The translations under genes and the position numbers were made by a program. Source: Candidatus Latescibacterota bacterium (lineage in GTDB: Bacteria; Latescibacterota; UBA2968; GCA-2709665). From it: 64,000 nucleotides of DNA. How positions within the stretch are numbered: the stretch's first letter is position 1; each line of letters begins with the position of its first letter. Below are positions 61,627-64,000 of this stretch, in pieces. The DNA lies in the NCBI GenBank assembly GCA_965116875.1, contig OZ220733.1, positions 1,344,001 through 1,408,000 of the forward strand, read 5' to 3'. Below the pieces are notes generated by a model. That model did not search any database and was not told the DNA's origin. It saw nothing but the letters and a program-made list of their open reading frames with translations.

Positions 61627-62844
61627 ATGTATCCGCACCGGTTCCTGAAGCAACTCACGTGGTTGATACTCGTTTTCCACTTTTCCGGTGTCGTCCACGC
61701 TTCCCGCGGGCATACCCCCAGGCAGCACGCCGTCCGGCAGGGTATCGACTACATGCTCGACGAACGCTATGCCCGCTCCCACGCCGTATTCGATTCGCTG
61801 ATCGCCGCCGAGCCGGAACGACCCGAAGGCTATCTGGGAAAGGCACTTTCGTACTGGAACGAAAGCATGCTTCTGGCGGACGGCGAACGCTTTGTCGACC
61901 CGGTCGACCACCTGACCGGACGCGCCATCAAACTCTCCGAACGTGCTCTCAAGATCGACAACAACGACGCAGAGATGGTCTTCCTTCTCGGAAAAGCCTA
62001 TGGCCTTCGCGCGGGCCTGGCGCTCATCCACGGCAGTCCCATAGACGGCGTACTCCACGGCCTGAAATGCCGGGACTTCCTCGAGGAAACCATCCGATTG
62101 AATCCGGACCTCGCCGACGCCCAGTTCGGACTGGGCCTCGCAGAGTACGTGGCCGCCCGCCAGCCCCGTTTCCTCAGGATGGTGAGCCGGCTTCTTTCGC
62201 TCCCCGACGGCGACCGGAAAAGCGGTCTCGAACGCCTGGAGCGTGTTGCCCGTGAGGGCATCTATACCCAACGGCATGCCGTCTCCAGCCGTGCCTACAT
62301 CGCCCTCTATTACGAGAAGGACTATGAAGACGCGCGGCGTCGTTTTACAGATCTGCACCTGCGCTACCCCCACAGCCTGGACTACCGCATCCGTTACCTG
62401 GACGCGCTCTTCGGGCTCACCATCCAGGGCAGGAAGGATCACCGCCAGGCCCTGATCGACTCCGCGCGGTCGATCCGTTTCCTGGCAGAGGAACGAAACT
62501 GGAACCTGAACCGCTGGTCCCACACCAAGCTGGACTTTATCGAGGGCTATGGCCACTATCTCACCGGCAACGCGGACGCCGCGGTCGAACGTCTGGAAAT
62601 CTACACCGCGGAAGCGGAAAAAAAGAGCTGGCTGCTTGGCCCCGCACATCTCATTCTGGGCAAACTGGCCGACCTGCGCAACGACCGCGAGGGCGCAGTC
62701 CGCCATTACCGCCGCGTGCGAAGATATGAAAACGTATGGGGCGTCCACGAAGAGGCAGACGCCTATCTCGGCCAACCGTTCACCGGTGAGGAGCCCGTCC
62801 GGCGCCCTCCGGACACGGTGCGGCGTTATCCGGAGAAACCTTGA
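61627..62844 (+). CDS. Exported TPR-like helical repeat protein
   Basis: Signal-like N-terminus; TPR-like units (ALKIDNNDAEMVFLLG, IRLNPDLADAQFGLG). Confidence 0.75.
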   Translation: MYPHRFLKQLTWLILVFHFSGVVHASRGHTPRQHAVRQGIDYMLDERYARSHAVFDSLIAAEPERPEGYLGKALSYWNESMLLADGERFVDPVDHLTGRAIKLSERALKIDNNDAEMVFLLGKAYGLRAGLALIHGSPIDGVLHGLKCRDFLEETIRLNPDLADAQFGLGLAEYVAARQPRFLRMVSRLLSLPDGDRKSGLERLERVAREGIYTQRHAVSSRAYIALYYEKDYEDARRRFTDLHLRYPHSLDYRIRYLDALFGLTIQGRKDHRQALIDSARSIRFLAEERNWNLNRWSHTKLDFIEGYGHYLTGNADAAVERLEIYTAEAEKKSWLLGPAHLILGKLADLRNDREGAVRHYRRVRRYENVWGVHEEADAYLGQPFTGEEPVRRPPDTVRRYPEKP

Positions 62845-62992
62845 CGCCCCTCAGGAAATGCGCGTTATTTTATCGGATGGAACGTCGCAATACGTCTCAG
62901 GCGGGACGGCCCGTGGAAGCACGACCAACAGGAAAATCCCGGCCGCATTCCGTTCACGAAGATGCCGGGATTCATTCTCTTGAGAAATCGGA

Positions 62993-63799
62993 ATGGCGAC
63001 TGCGTCCTCAATATCCGTGGGCCGCTCGAGACTCGGTCATCTCCTGGAGCGTATCCGTTATCCGGCCCCGTCCGCGCCGCCATGGATCGTCCCCACCGTG
63101 GTCCGTTTCAAAAACCCGGACGCAGACCTGAAACACGACTATCCGAAGATACTCGGCGTTTCGGTTGTGCTCTCCTCAATACTCCTCACCCTGATCTGCG
63201 TTCTCTTCCCGGGATTCGAGTCTCGCAGGTATCCATCCTACACCACGCCGGTGATTATTTCGCTGGAAGACATTCCCGAAACCCGGCAGGCGCCTGTGCC
63301 TGAAACCGAAGAAGTGATCCTGGGCGCAGGCGAGCCGGACGGCGTAGCAGTTATCGACACCGTGGAAGACGAGGAGTCCGACATTGACTTTCTCGCCAAT
63401 CTTCAAATCGATGACACGCTTGGCAATATGGACAGGAAGCTTGACGAGGAAGCCGTAGATTTCTGGGCCGTCTCGAAGGAACCCGTACTGGTGCGCGAGA
63501 TCCTGCCCATCTATCCCCGTGACGCACACGAATCAGGCCTGGAAGGGGTTGTGTTCGTCAAATTCGCGGTCGGTACGGACGGACGGGTCAAGGAGGCCTC
63601 CGTTCAGAAAGGCCCCCGGATCTTTCACGCGTCCGCACTGGGAGCCGTCTACCAGTTCGTCTTCAAGCCCGCACTCCAGAACGACAAGCCCGTCGCGGTC
63701 TGGATGACCCTTCCCATACGCTTTCGCATTGTGGACAATCTGCTCGAAGCACGACCCGTACCGCACATTGAGAACCTGCCTTCGCGGAAATCACCCTGA
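62993..63799 (+). CDS. Energy transducer TonB-family protein
   Basis: TM anchor, acidic linker, YPRDAHESGLEGVVFVKFAVGTDGRV..FKPALQNDKPV..PIRF; start uncertain. Confidence 0.85.
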   Translation: MATASSISVGRSRLGHLLERIRYPAPSAPPWIVPTVVRFKNPDADLKHDYPKILGVSVVLSSILLTLICVLFPGFESRRYPSYTTPVIISLEDIPETRQAPVPETEEVILGAGEPDGVAVIDTVEDEESDIDFLANLQIDDTLGNMDRKLDEEAVDFWAVSKEPVLVREILPIYPRDAHESGLEGVVFVKFAVGTDGRVKEASVQKGPRIFHASALGAVYQFVFKPALQNDKPVAVWMTLPIRFRIVDNLLEARPVPHIENLPSRKSP

Positions 63800-64000
63800 A
63801 CGATCCCGTTCCTCAATCCCTCCGTTCGCGATTGACCGCCCCGCCCGAATAGATCACTTCCTTCAATCGATGCTGCTCGTCAAATTGAACCCGAAGGGTA
63901 AACGAACGCCTGTTCAGAAATTGCGGATTGTGATCGAGCGCCGTTTGCAGGGCCAGCGAACCCAGCCATCCCAGCGCGTCGGCCCGAATCCCGAACCGCA
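63791..64000 (-). CDS. C-terminal fragment of a hypothetical protein (runs off the window end)
   Basis: Open frame RFGIRADALGWLGSLALQ..RVQFDEQHRLKEVIYSGG..RSG* ending at 63791. Confidence 0.45.

Overview
GC-rich (roughly 60% by eye) chromosomal window from a Gram-negative bacterium. A 5'-nucleotidase with a FlgD/T9SS-like tail, an ankyrin protein, orphan MacB-type permeases and a long SecA point to an FCB-group organism (Latescibacterota/Gemmatimonadota-like, possibly host-associated); this placement is inference. Housekeeping genes include uvrA, lgt, yidD, hinT, queC, queD, a purH-like gene, acs, CIRCE-controlled groESL and a long minus-strand operon (S55 peptidase, beta-propeller, ribD-ribE-ribBA-ribH, nusB, secA, rhodanese). 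The most interesting locus is 21.6-26 kb: a small membrane leader peptide with HDHDHQCxxC and a C-terminal RAPP ribosome-arrest motif, followed by a triple-repeat His-bearing lipoprotein and a frameshifted ZnuD-like TonB-dependent receptor. This is a candidate metal-sensing attenuation system. Other points of note: two tandem ABC permeases that appear to start at ATT/ATC, an ECF sigma/anti-sigma operon ending in an apparently inactive HtrA, an overlapping bidirectional sigma70 promoter, a Cys-rich insert in SecA, an rlmH remnant, and at least four families of non-coding repeats (two MITEs, a REP-like pair, and a ~115-bp element that always lies 5' of a gene). No rRNA, tRNA, CRISPR array or transposase was seen.
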